Assembly: GCA_040954595.2 (NCBI GenBank)
Contig: CM082597.2
Span: 7,465,849-7,529,848, forward strand
Source of the DNA: Balanoglossus misakiensis
Taxonomy: Eukaryota; Animalia; Hemichordata
DNA length: 64,000 nucleotides
Reading direction: 5' to 3'
The position numbers were made by a program, and so were the translations under genes. This document shows, piece after piece, positions 14,201-24,798 of the stretch. The notes beneath the pieces were generated by a model. That model was not told the DNA's origin. It saw only the letters and a program-made list of their open reading frames with translations, and searched no databases. The first letter of the stretch is position 1, and each line of letters opens with the position of its first letter.

Positions 14201-17200
14201 TCTTGAGCACTTACTTCTCTGTTGTGCAGATAAACACTGCCTAATTGTTTCAATGCAGATTTAGCATCCACATTTCCCTCTTTGTTTGCTTCTCTCTGTG
14301 CATTTTCCAGCAGTAAACCCATTTCTCTCTCTGCCTTAGAGATATATGACACAATGTACACAACACAGGCATAAGCATCCACAACAAATTGAATGTCCAT
14401 GTTTGCATCCCAGCAACTGAGAAGGTTAGAATTGTATTGGTTTACCCAAACATCATTTGGTTCACGCTTTAATACTACACTTGTCTTTCTTGCTAAAATT
14501 GCATGTGCTTTCTCAAACATCTCCTGAGAAATGCTGACTTCATTAAACAGTGCATCAACCGAATCAATCTGTTTCTCTTTGTCATGCAGGCATGTCCACA
14601 CTTTTTCCAAAATATTCCTAGCAGCCATCTGGCTCATCACATTCTCAATTAACTGAGTCGTGTCACTTTGACATTTCTCTTCAAGTGTTGCGTTATCGTC
14701 ATCAAGGTTTGAGTTCTCACCTTCACCTGTCATTTCTATATCTATATCAGGACGGCATATGAACGTTTTCTTTGATGGTGGTCGTGGAAAGTTGAATCTG
14801 CATCTAGTGCCCTTTTTCTTGCAAGATTTGGAGTGCCTTGAGCTGTGTTTCTGAACTTTATTCACAATCTCTTGCAATTCCTCATCCTCCTCAACAGAAG
14901 GCATTTGACATGTTACATATCTGTCAACAAAATCAACTACATCTTCATCAGTATCTCTATCAACCTTTGGTGCATTTTCAACCCAAAATAGGCAGTGTGT
15001 ATGTGGTGAGCCTCGTTGTTGAAACTCGACTCGATAAAAATAATCTTTGATATTTCCAATAGGATTGGCTGGTGACATGATGACTTCTCTCAGAAAACAA
15101 TGAAATCTGTGATCAAACATTCTGGCTGCTGTTACAGGATTTCGTCTCAAGATAGCACATTTCTCAGACCATTCAAGATCCTCAGCATTACGTACATCTC
15201 CTTCTCCACGAAGTATAGTCTCAATAACTTCTTTCCACCGTAAATCGGCAGCAGAAAATGAGCAAAACCATGTTGGTATACCCAACTGTCTGATCATTGC
15301 AAACAGGTCTTTTTGTGTTGCTTGCCAATAAGGAGGAGTTCCTCTTATAGGTTTTAAAAACTTATAGCCTTCATCAGACTTCAAAATCTGTTTCAAAGAT
15401 TCACTGTCACTTAAAACATCAGATGTCACTTTTTTGCCACAAGCATTAGCAGTTCCTTTCCTCAAAGCAATTGACACATTGGATACAACCTGGTTAATTT
15501 CAGACAGATATTGCGCATAAAAGATATAGTCTGTGCTTTTTGAAAATCTGTTACTTGCATTCATTACACGACTTTGCAAGTATCGTCCTATTGTTATCTT
15601 AACCTCTCGGTCATCGTGAAATGTGGGTGACCCAGTTGGGAATAGCACAGGAAAGCACTTAGCTTCATTCAACTTTTCCATCAACAGACAAACAGGTTTA
15701 TTACCCTCTGCTGGAGCAACACAAGATATATCCTCAAAGTGATAATCAAGAATATCCTGACCTATGTCAATTGGTTGGAGGCATGTGTCCATCAATATTC
15801 CATTAGTATCTTTGTTGGACACATTGTTATCTTCTGTGTCTGATGACACATCATTACTTTCAGTATCTGAAACATTTCCTTTGGTCTTTTCATTGTTTAC
15901 ATCATTGCTTTTGGTGTTACACTTTTCTGATTCGCTTTCAGCATCTGAAATAACTTCTTCAGTCTTTTCAAGAGTATTTTTCCAATTCATATTGAATGTT
16001 ATATCACTGTAATACTGATTATTTGTCTGTAGGTATTCCAAAGCATTCTGAATGTGTCGTTTGTTTACAAACTGATATTCATAGTAACCTTTATAACTCA
16101 GTTTTCGCTTCAATTTCACCCTTATCATCTGATCATCAAACTCATTCCGTGGCAAAATATTTGTAGCCTTCTTTATATCAGAAGGGACACACACTACAGG
16201 TCCATGGACTCCATTCTGACCACCCTTAGGTAATGCCAACATTTTCATGAATGGAATATTTAATGCAATTAAATGTTGCTCAAGTGAGTTGAGGCATTTC
16301 AATTCAGGAGGGACTGTTGTGACATGAAGGTTGTTTGCAACAGCTTGAACTGGCATCTCTCCACGTAAAAGTTTTCTATGGCATGTGAAACAAATCCACA
16401 ATTTACTGGCTGCATTATTCTTGAGAGGGCAGTCAGCCATACATGTTGGGGCACATTTGTGAACATATTCTTCTGATATACATTTCACAGCAATATCAGA
16501 TGTAATTCTGTTACTGTAATATTTATCCTTGTTGCAAACAATTACTTGTTTCCTGAAAAGTCGACGATGACAAACTGAACATACACAATTTGGACCTTCT
16601 GAGGCAGTATTTCTAAAATTAGCAATAACATGCTGAACATTTTGCTTGTCAATGTCATTCTGTATCATCTGACACCTGCTTCTCTTCAATACATTATCTT
16701 TGTAATGAGGGTTATTCTCATATCGTTGAATACTCTGTGTCTTCTTTGATTCACGAAAGTTTACGTCTTGGTCATATTTTTGGGATAGTTGTTTGGACAT
16801 TTGTGCTTTATGTGCTTCCCGAAAGTCAGGATTTTGTTCATATTTTACTCTTACGCGTGCCTTCTGTGCTTCCCGAAAATCAGGATTTTGTTCATAATTT
16901 ACTCTTATGCGTGCCTTCTGTGCTTCCCGAAAATCAGGATTTTGTTCATAATTTACTCTTATGCGTGCCTTCTGTGCTTCCCGAAAATCAGGATTTTGTT
17001 CATAATTTACTCTTATGCGTGCCTTCTGTGCTTCCCGAAAATCAGGATTTTGTTCATAATTTACTCTTATGCGTGCCTTCTGTGCTTCCCGAAAATCAGG
17101 ATTTTGTTCATAATTTACTCTTATGCGTGCCTTCTGTGCTTCCCGAAAATCAGGATTTTGTTCATAATTTACTCTTATGCGTGCCTTCTGTGCTTCCCGA

Positions 17201-18897
17201 AAATCAGGATTCTGTTCGTAATTTACTCTTATGCGTGCCTTCTTTGCCTCCCGAACAGTAGGATTTTCTTCGTAATTTAATCTTACACGTGCTTTCTTTG
17301 CCTCCCGAAAATCAGGATTTTCTTGGTAATTAACTCTTACGTGTGCTTTCTTTGCCTCCCGAAAATCAGGATTATCTTGGTAAGTTACTCTAGCATGTGC
17401 CTTCTTTGCGTCCTGAAAATCAGGATTTTGTTCATATTTAACTCTGATTTGTGTCTTTTTTGCCTCCCGATAGTCCGCATTTTGTTCATATAACTCTTTC
17501 ATTTTCTGCGTCTTACTTTCTCGGATGTCATGATAATGCTGTCTACTTTTCAGCTTCTTCATCTCTCTATATTGAGTATTACTATGATACAATTCAGATT
17601 CAGATATTGTCCTGCACCTCTTTGCAGTGGTCTCATTACATTCATATTTTTGTTTTCTGATTTTCTTTCGTAATCGTTCACTCATTGCTGGTCGCTTACC
17701 TCTTCCTTTTGTAACACTTTCAGTTTCATCACTTAAGTGGAAATTTCCTTTCTTGTCCAATGGACTCTTTAGTGGAACACAACTGCCACTATCTGCCTCA
17801 TTGTGGAATTCATTAGTCATACCTTCACTTGAGACAAGTTCATCACATTCAATGTGTGTAGAGTCAGATGTTACCATCTCAGGTGTCTTTACACTCTTGA
17901 CAATTTCAAAATGGTCTCTGTTGGCATGGTTCAGGTATATACCTACACCTTTATCAACATTACTTTTATTAATTGCATTACAATAATGTCTCAGCCATGT
18001 TCCAGAACTATACACATAGATGTCAGTTTGTAAGAGATCGGCAGCAGCCAAGATCTCATTTTCGGAACCCCAGATTGTTAGACAATTCATTCTAGACTTT
18101 GCAATATAATCAGCAACTGATGTATATCCTTGGTCTGGGTCCAGCCAACCAAAATATGCACTGTCATTTGCAATCATGTGATTTACAATGGCCTTTCGCA
18201 TTACAGCATGGTTACGTTCACTGCCACTTATGGCATACGACAAAGCTCTAAACAAACAATTACCATCACCGACAATAGATTTGATATTGCATGGTTCACC
18301 AATTTCAACACTATGAATTTCATCGAGCATTTCAACTTTATTTCCATATTTAATGTGAAGCTTACAGCATAACTCTTGGCATATGGTGGTGGTTACAGGA
18401 GAGAACAAAAATTCATTCGCAGTAACATTATGAAGAATACATTCATTGTCATTTCTCTTGTGTGCAATATCAACTGCTTTCTCAATCTGTAAATTGCCAT
18501 TAACATAAGTGACAATGTCACCATTTGCAGGTACCCTAGATTCATTGGTTTCCCGAAGGGAAGTTTCAAAGTTTTGACCCTTCGAACACCGAAGGTTTGA
18601 ACCCCGAAGGGAAGTTTCACAGTTTTGATCCTTCGAACACCGAAGGCTGGCACCCCGAAGGGTATTGTCGCTGAGATTATAGAGGGCAGCATCCTCTTTG
18701 ATTACGTCGCTGTTTTTTGAGAGGGCAGCATCCTCTGTCATATCGAAGCTGTTTTTTGAGAGGGCAGCATCCTCTGTCATATCGAAGCTGTTTTTTGAGA
18801 GGGCAGCATCCTCTGTCATATCGAAGCTGTTTTTTGAGAGGGCAGCATCCTCTTTCATCTGACTCCTCTTCTTCCTCCAGTTCCTAGAGCGTGGCAT
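11290..18897 (-). CDS. Helentron RepHel transposase, 2535 aa: OTU protease, 18-aa repeats, Cys-rich Zn finger, HUH Rep, PIF1-like SF1 helicase, APE-type endonuclease
   Basis: OTU motifs: GDGNCLFRAL, WGSENEI, HFE. Rep motifs: PTWFCSFSAAD, YRVEFQQRGSPHTHCLFW, YIVSYISK. Helicase motifs: GGAGTGKS, IIDEISMV, GDFYQLPPV, QFPLKLAWACTVHKVQGLT, GQAYVALSR. Endonuclease motifs: NVEGL, LTETW, IYRP, GDFN, IDHVY, SFHEAI. The ORF is uninterrupted. Confidence 0.96.
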   Translation of the reverse strand: MPRSRNWRKKRSQMKEDAALSKNSFDMTEDAALSKNSFDMTEDAALSKNSFDMTEDAALSKNSDVIKEDAALYNLSDNTLRGASLRCSKDQNCETSLRGSNLRCSKGQNFETSLRETNESRVPANGDIVTYVNGNLQIEKAVDIAHKRNDNECILHNVTANEFLFSPVTTTICQELCCKLHIKYGNKVEMLDEIHSVEIGEPCNIKSIVGDGNCLFRALSYAISGSERNHAVMRKAIVNHMIANDSAYFGWLDPDQGYTSVADYIAKSRMNCLTIWGSENEILAAADLLQTDIYVYSSGTWLRHYCNAINKSNVDKGVGIYLNHANRDHFEIVKSVKTPEMVTSDSTHIECDELVSSEGMTNEFHNEADSGSCVPLKSPLDKKGNFHLSDETESVTKGRGKRPAMSERLRKKIRKQKYECNETTAKRCRTISESELYHSNTQYREMKKLKSRQHYHDIRESKTQKMKELYEQNADYREAKKTQIRVKYEQNPDFQDAKKAHARVTYQDNPDFREAKKAHVRVNYQENPDFREAKKARVRLNYEENPTVREAKKARIRVNYEQNPDFREAQKARIRVNYEQNPDFREAQKARIRVNYEQNPDFREAQKARIRVNYEQNPDFREAQKARIRVNYEQNPDFREAQKARIRVNYEQNPDFREAQKARIRVNYEQNPDFREAQKARVRVKYEQNPDFREAHKAQMSKQLSQKYDQDVNFRESKKTQSIQRYENNPHYKDNVLKRSRCQMIQNDIDKQNVQHVIANFRNTASEGPNCVCSVCHRRLFRKQVIVCNKDKYYSNRITSDIAVKCISEEYVHKCAPTCMADCPLKNNAASKLWICFTCHRKLLRGEMPVQAVANNLHVTTVPPELKCLNSLEQHLIALNIPFMKMLALPKGGQNGVHGPVVCVPSDIKKATNILPRNEFDDQMIRVKLKRKLSYKGYYEYQFVNKRHIQNALEYLQTNNQYYSDITFNMNWKNTLEKTEEVISDAESESEKCNTKSNDVNNEKTKGNVSDTESNDVSSDTEDNNVSNKDTNGILMDTCLQPIDIGQDILDYHFEDISCVAPAEGNKPVCLLMEKLNEAKCFPVLFPTGSPTFHDDREVKITIGRYLQSRVMNASNRFSKSTDYIFYAQYLSEINQVVSNVSIALRKGTANACGKKVTSDVLSDSESLKQILKSDEGYKFLKPIRGTPPYWQATQKDLFAMIRQLGIPTWFCSFSAADLRWKEVIETILRGEGDVRNAEDLEWSEKCAILRRNPVTAARMFDHRFHCFLREVIMSPANPIGNIKDYFYRVEFQQRGSPHTHCLFWVENAPKVDRDTDEDVVDFVDRYVTCQMPSVEEDEELQEIVNKVQKHSSRHSKSCKKKGTRCRFNFPRPPSKKTFICRPDIDIEMTGEGENSNLDDDNATLEEKCQSDTTQLIENVMSQMAARNILEKVWTCLHDKEKQIDSVDALFNEVSISQEMFEKAHAILARKTSVVLKREPNDVWVNQYNSNLLSCWDANMDIQFVVDAYACVVYIVSYISKAEREMGLLLENAQREANKEGNVDAKSALKQLGSVYLHNREVSAQEAVYRLCGLKLKQSSRKVQFIPTGETPIKMSLPLSVIRSKMTGDDLNEDDIWYNSIVDRYKNRPNDDEFDDMCLATFCSEYRIVSKSEVTNTTTEKRANPIVKLENGAGYMQKRSRTDPAVIRYARFSVTKFPEKYYRTMLELFLPHWVDSQLKPNGFETYENFYSAGAVKCGSASIQTVKVIVDANKAMFEKEADAVDLAEELLEGSGPLEDAWAQICPESEIDRLECIDERQQLPDDDVNEEDIPDLVHKPKGDCHIEISTSEVRRADVQAMCRSLNRKQAEVFYNVRQWCLDKSNGKNPEPLYLFVSGGAGTGKSHLIKTIYHEAKRILSRVMANPDEKSIQVTASTGVAAFNVGGETLHHAFSIAVDSKLPYEPLREEKLNTLRSKLGNLQILIIDEISMVDRKLFHYVHGRLRQIKQTPSGSPFGNVCVIAVGDFYQLPPVKASPLCVENDAINMWNNFKIVELTEIMRQKDCAFAEALNRVRIHKKGHTLSANDLEMFNNRVTGEASEAIHIFATNAEVNNCNITMLHSLCSDPVCIEAQDFSKNTKTGKLQRKEGHHAKVYRTTLPKTLTLAKGARVQLTQNIDVSDGLVNGVFGSVCHIDVKPNESFPTAVYVVFDNVKVGQGLRNKNRVNISDLPENTTRIEPQEMSVASNGGIRRQFPLKLAWACTVHKVQGLTVEKAVVSLKKMFAPGQAYVALSRVTSLDGLIIDEFKTSSIYCNEKVQAALEMMPKFVDGCFEQLQPNYRCSFILHNVEGLLNHMEDIRSGKEYLESDFICLTETWLTENQTKCDVIVNGFEFSHKPRSKSYNNFDMNTSQLQLQHHGGVGLYVKGSQSVEILDLPVSNLEYLTFYVKDINTVVAVIYRPSSYKAVAFRKNLLLLVKEMSKYSGATVIMGDFNDNILTSSSLVKLMEDHGFKQHVSKPTTEAGTLIDHVYVKGAGKVEVDIVPKYFSFHEAISIKIY
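16800..17500 (-). repeat. Coding 54-bp tandem repeat (YEQNPDFREAQKARIRVN), about 13 copies with a near-identical core
   Basis: The unit tgcttcccgaaaatcaggattttgttcataatttactcttatgcgtgccttctg repeats in frame within RepHel. Confidence 0.92.
18680..18857 (-). repeat. Coding 39-bp tandem repeat (EDAALSKNSFDMT) at the RepHel N-terminus
   Basis: The unit gagggcagcatcctctgtcatatcgaagctgttttttga is present in 4-5 copies. Confidence 0.9.
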
Positions 18898-20155
18898 CTG
18901 AAATCAATAAATACATAACTGTTAACATTTTAATGTCCGGGACTATTGTACAGACCAGAATGCCAGAATAAAATGTGGTGATAGCTTCACTGTAGAGGTA
19001 TAGGCCTATGGGTAGGTCAAGGTCACGGATAAACCTGTTGACATGGTCCACAACCTTGAAATTTGGCATGTGGGATCCTGACCATATACCGGTACATGTA
19101 GTGTACAAGGACTGTCAACAGATTTTTTATTCCACATTTTAATATAAATAAGGTCCATATGAAAATTCCAATCAAAGCTGACAATTACAGTGAGTACTTA
19201 AAAATTCAAGAGTGTTATGCATGAAATTACATAGGCCCACATAATTGTGCCAAGTTTGAGATTCATAGATTCAGCCGATCACACTTTCTTCTCATTTACC
19301 TTTTTGAAATATTTGTTTGCAATCTGGGTAAGACAAGTAGACATTTCTGTAGAAACTATTCCAACATCTGTTGACTTCATGCACATACAATAAAGTCAAA
19401 GTAGTAAGACAGCATGTGCCATTCTCAAACAAAACTATAGACATTTTTTTCACACAGGACGTGATTAAAGAAATTTAGCTCAGCAAAAATTTCCCACTCA
19501 AATTATGGCATTTGTTGTATTTACACATAGTGACTGTACATTTCAAGGCAATTGGACACTTGGATACTAAGAGGGTTTAATTATATACCCAAATTTCACA
19601 ATTTCCAAAAACTATACTAAGGCCAAACATGCATATAAAATTTAAACACATTTGCACTAGTTATTTAACAGAACACTTGTGTTGACACATGACAGACAAC
19701 CTATGAACAATTGTCTTATCTGATAAGCTCTGTGTCAGAGCAGAGTTATGACAAGTAACCTGCAATGAATCACATGCAGAACTGTACTGCAGTGCATTAT
19801 GCTGAAGGTCTCTTCACATGGCAGACACACTTACCTTGGGATATCTTTGGTTATACAAAACTGCAAGAAAGCAAATAATATAAATTATCATTACTGGTTA
19901 TAGGTGTACATGTTTGCCACTGAATCCAACAGAATACATGCATATTATTTCTGCATAAAATCCAGTTCATCTATTTCCATCAGGCATTTCCTCTTTATCT
20001 TCACTAAACATAACAGACTACAGTATATGCGCCAATACAATCAAAGCAAACACATACAACCACATACAAAAAGATAAAAGACAGTGCCAGATATAACATC
20101 ATAAAGGAGTCATTGAAATTACCACCCTTATAACATGAGAATCTTTACAGTATAA

Positions 20156-20882
20156 GGGACCGTTCAGTTTTTACGGCCAGGGGGGGGGGGGCAAGTTTGT
20201 GTCATCGATTTTCAAAATCAGGCCGACCCCCCCCTTCACCAAGGACCAAAAAATGATGACCCCCCCTTTGACAGACCCAAAAATATGATGACCCCCCCCC
20301 CCCCATGCCGAAAACATGAACCTATGTACACTGTATGCAATAAATGGAATGAGGCTCCTCTCGCCTCAATTAGACATTAAATTAAATGAACAAACTAAAA
20401 TGACAATCCAATACAATAGTTGGTAGAATTGGTAAAAAAAGAAAAGTGGCGGGGGTGTCCCCCTACCACATAAGAAAATTTGGTAAAATACAGTGCTCAA
20501 AGTTGCATTTTAATGAACTCAAAAGCAAATTAACTTAATGTTAGGGAGGACAAATTTTAATTTTGCCACTCCACTCAAAAGAAGCATCGGGGTAGGGTGG
20601 GAAGAAGTCTGCCCTGTACACTAGACAAACCAGCGAATAAATGCAATGTGGGGGAGAATGGAGGGGGTTGGTGTCCCCCTCCCACATTAGAAAATTTTGT
20701 AAAATAAAGGGCGTGAAACTGCAATTTTGTGTACTCAAAAGCAAAAGTTCGGTGGCAAAAGTATGTGACCCCCCTAAACATTTAACAAAACAGATGACCC
20801 CCCCCCCCTCTTGGACTTAAGTCACCCCCCTGGATTTTGATCCCCCCCCCCCCGCCCCCGGCCGTAAAAACTGAACGGTCCC
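20156..20882. mobile_element. MITE with 23-bp TIRs, probably PIF/Harbinger-like
   Basis: TIRs are gggaccgttcagtttttacggcc (20156-20178) and ggccgtaaaaactgaacggtccc (20860-20882), flanked by taa and tga. The superfamily is inferred from the GGG start and TWA-like flanks. Confidence 0.78.
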
Positions 20883-21761
20883 TGAGTGATCCCATTCCCC
20901 ATCGTCACACTTTACATTCAAACACCTTTACAAAGACTGAATACTGCATATCAAAATACATGTAAGTACATTGTTTTCTGCATACACAATAGAACCATGC
21001 ATAGTGACACAAAAATCATTCAATGTACATATACAACACAGCCAATCCAGAACGGCTGACAGTGCACACCCAGACATAAACAAAGGGTACATGTAGTACT
21101 AATACCTAGCCACACACACCCACTTTGATAAACTTGCACACAGACAGGAGTTGCAGACATACATGAATCAACAAAGACATGCAGACAAAGATTCAGAAAA
21201 AGATGCAAACACATGATACATAGACATACCTACACACACGCATCCACACTCTGATGAACTAGCACACAGACGGACAGGCATCAAAGAGGTGCAAAGGTCC
21301 AAACACACGCAATCACATGGTGCAATTATATACACTGTGCACAGGCTGTATATACCAACATTCACATATGTGCCACACACTCAACTAAACTGGCACACGA
21401 ACAGACATGAAACCAAGCAAAAATTAATCCTCACGTAACAGTTGCTTCTTTTGATATAGCAAAAATTTCATGTCATGCCAATGACCTGTTTTACAGTATG
21501 TCATGAACACTTCACCCTGGTGACTTTGTTGTGGTTCATTCTACTTGTGCAGCATTGTAGTCTAAATGCAACATAAGAATACCCAGCAATACTATTTGCA
21601 ATCTATGCATATACCTCTAATAGACTATAGAAATGAATTATTCAATTCACAGCTAAAACTACAATTCGTTGCTTCTTGAACATATTCCCAAGGTTTAATA
21701 TAACTGCAATTTCTTCCTCAATGACACTAATATGAAATGTACAAAACTTAGAATGTGTTTA

Positions 21762-21856
21762 TTAGCTGCAATGATTGTAGCGGGTGCTGCTAGGTTGACT
21801 GGTGTGTTCGCAGCATCAGTCAACCTAGCAGCACCCGCTACAATCATTGCAGCTAA
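21762..21856. repeat. Perfect 40-bp inverted repeat with a 15-nt loop
   Basis: 21762-21801 (ttagctgcaatgattgtagcgggtgctgctaggttgactg) is the exact reverse complement of 21817-21856. Confidence 0.93.
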
Positions 21857-22305
21857 GGATTTCCCTTCGATTACATAGCGAACCATTTGCACAGATACTT
21901 ACAGTTTTGCTGGGTTCTGTAATGTATTATTTCATCCAAAAAGCTGCACGTTTCAAGAAAGAACCAAAACAAACTCACCTGCAGACCGCATGTGGTGGTC
22001 GCGATTCTATTTTTACCCTAAGTCCCTAACCCTACTTTTTAGGCAGCTGTGTCAGCGATCGAAAAGAATCGTCAATAATTTCACACAATCGAATTAAACT
22101 TCGATGATGGCCATCAAGTACTCATAACCCAACATCTTCCCGCACAGTGTCATATATCTTTCGTGCCTTGAAACATCGGGATCGCTTATCTAAAACTAAT
22201 TTTCGAAAGACGGGCTTTACAAAATAATACTCACCAGTAGTTCAGTATAGAGTGTGGCTGTAATTGGTATAGCGCCCCCAAACATTGGTATTCTGCCTTT
22301 CTTTT

Positions 22306-22322
22306 GTACGTCACTTCCGCCC
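22306..22322 (-). promoter_or_regulatory. Candidate Helentron promoter element (overlapping ETS and CRE-like motif)
   Basis: The minus strand reads gggCGGAAGTGACGTac in a locally CpG-richer stretch. It lies about 70 bp upstream of a minus-strand donor G|gtgagt (22235/22234). Confidence 0.4.
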
Positions 22323-23608
22323 AAGACGTTCAAATAAACGAGTTCGTTGTTACACTTGCGATGACTGTTATGTTTCAATCAACATATAATTAATTTCCCC
22401 ATCGTTATCATTGCTCATTTATTATATTTTGGTGCAAACATCTAATGATAAGATCAACGTGAATGAAAATCTCTTCTCTCCATTCTTCCGTTGGTGGCGC
22501 TGAGCGGTATAGGAGCCTATATATACAGTGGGTGGGCAAATTGGCAGTTCATGGACTTTGCACTATGTATGTGGCACTGAAACTTATTTTGGATGAACCT
22601 GACCTTATTGAATTCCAATTATTATGATCATCCCTTATTTTATGATTAAGCTACCAAAAAGGTCTGCTTTTATGATGTTCATTTCATTTATTTGAATCAG
22701 GTAAGGTTATAGAAAAATATACATGACACAGATACATGTATGCACCGTCCAAAAGGTTTTCAATACAGAAATGAGTTTAAAATATTTCTCCAGTGTATGC
22801 ACTGTACTGAATTTATATATGTACAGGCATAAACATTCAGCCTTCTGAAACAATTGTTATTGGGCACGGAAATTGTTGTTAGTACCTGTAAAGATAGACC
22901 ACAGCTGGAAGCAGTATAAATTTCTGCAAAATGACTGAAATAGTCTCGTATTCACCTGGGTAGAACAGTGAACAACTATTCTTGAAAGAAAGTTGTCACA
23001 AATACATATTTAACGCATTTGTCACTTAATGTCATCATCATCAACAAAAGAGCTAATAATAAAAACACCAAAATAGTTGTACGAGTGAACGAGCGAAAGT
23101 TCATACCACTAATGGATGTCAAGCATATTTAAACGTTTATGAACACATGCAGGCACAATTTAATTTGGTATTTGAATAGCCTGAATAGGTATAGAAGCAA
23201 ACTTTGCACTCCAATTTTCACATTGTTTCAGCGCTTTTTTAATTATATGCACATGTCTAATATACTACACCAACAAATGCAGGTATATGTTTGATTATTG
23301 TGGACATGGGTACCAGAACAGATAAAGCCCTGGCATTTGGGGAATTTGAGCACATAATGGAGTCTTACACAATACCTCATTAATTATGCACATATTTCAT
23401 TCCAAGCTAACCACAAGCTAGAGGTTGGGTTTTTGGTGGACATGGACCTGTACAGTGTCAAACTGTTTTCCCCAAATTTGGGGTGACCTCAGGTGACCTT
23501 TGACCTACTTTCCCCATATCTTGGCATCCACAGCAGATACAGCCTTGGCATTTGCTGGTTACCATGGGAACCGCTTGTGCCCCGCCAACGCTGCTTGCAG
23601 CTTTAATT

Positions 23609-24798
23609 CTTCTTCTTCTTCTTCCGAGAAATTCGGCCAGGTAGATCTGGAAAACCGCAGCACCTAGGGGGCTGAAACTTGTTAGGGTGATAGGGGCCAA
23701 TGAGTAGACGTGCAGTGGCCCGTGAATATTTAATTAGTCATGTGACCTGGCGGCCATATTGGATTTCCTGAAAACCGTTAAATGAGTCCTTCTCAAAAAC
23801 TACAAGGCCGATCGAGTTCAAATTTGGTGTGCAGGTAGCCTACCTTCTGTCCATCATTTTACCCCATTGAAATCATGACGTCACACATAAAGTTTTTTTG
23901 CTACAATTGTTTTTCTTAAAAAATACTTAAAACTTTAAAAATCTTCTTCTCCAGAACCAGCGGTTACCGATTCTCGGGATTTGGGATATGTGGTCACCTA
24001 ACCTATGTCTATCAAGTTTGCGAAGCGCACTGTGATTGGTCGATCATTATGGCGGCCATGTTGGATTTTCGGAAAACCATTGAAAAATGAAAATTCTGTT
24101 TTGTAGCCAAAATGTTGACAGCACGGAAATTCTTTTTTTGGATATGAGTCATCATATGACCGGAAGTTGTCACAATTTTTCGTAGCAATTTTCACATGAC
24201 CTTTGACCCAGTTTTAAAACAACTAATTATATATGCATATTCCCCATACCTCCTCTTGTAAAAGCACCACAGTCATGAATTTTGTGGACATGGGTACCAA
24301 TGCTGCCAGGACATGACACAAATATTTTGGTAATTTTGGCAATGACCTTTGACCTATTTCTGCATATCTAATTCCATGCTACCCAATAGGGCTAGAGGTC
24401 TGGTATTGGTTGGACATGGCCCAGTCTGGGGTCAAAATTTTATGCCCTAATTTTGGGTGACCTTGGGTGACCTTTGATCTACTTTCCCATATCTCAGCAT
24501 CCAGAGCAGTTAGAGCCCTGGCTTTTATGGGTATTGAGCACATAATGGAGTCTTACACAAGACCTCATTAATTATGTGCATACCTAATTGCAGGCGAACC
24601 AATAGGGCTAGGGGTCTGGTTTTTTGTTGGATCTAGACTAGTATGGGGTCCAATTTTTTTGCCCAAATTTGGGGTGACCTCAGGTGACCTTTGACCTACT
24701 TTCCCATGTCTCGGTATTCCCAGCAGATACAGCCGTGGAATTTGCTGGTCACCATGGGAACCGCTTGTGCCCCCCCAACGCTGCTTGCAGCTTTAATT
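23609..24798 (-). mobile_element. Body and right end of the outer non-autonomous family-A element (deletion derivative of the autonomous element)
   Basis: Closely similar to 5906-7150, and it ends with the same right terminus as 23540-23608. Its left end is 36-91 plus ctttattattatt at 5814-5826. Confidence 0.88.

Larger units (their letters stand above)
5827..23608 (-). mobile_element. Autonomous Helentron (Helitron2/HLE2), family A, about 17.8 kb
   Basis: The left hairpin is aggggcacaagcc/ggcttgtgcccct (5827-5857), followed by a (TTA)n(TTC)n microsatellite. The right end has subTIR gcttgtgcccc (23573-23583), then gctgcttgcagc (23590-23601), then ttaatt. The element encloses the RepHel-endonuclease ORF. 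Confidence 0.9.
36..24798 (-). mobile_element. Composite nested Helentron/Helitron2 insertion (outer non-autonomous family-A element plus five nested elements)
   Basis: Flanks 1-35 and 24799 onward join to give the uninterrupted paralogous sequence at 61702-61760 (cattgtattaatt|tgcttttgagttc). The left hairpin is gggggcacaagc/gcttgtgccccc (36-70). The matching subterminal inverted repeat cgcttgtgccccc (24762-24774) is followed by the small hairpin gctgc-tt-gcagc (24780-24791). Strand is assigned from the RepHel ORF. Confidence 0.92.

Noticed and set aside
16737-17280. Plus-strand repetitive ORFs of 174 and 163 aa
   Set aside because: They are antisense shadows of the 54-bp coding repeat in RepHel.
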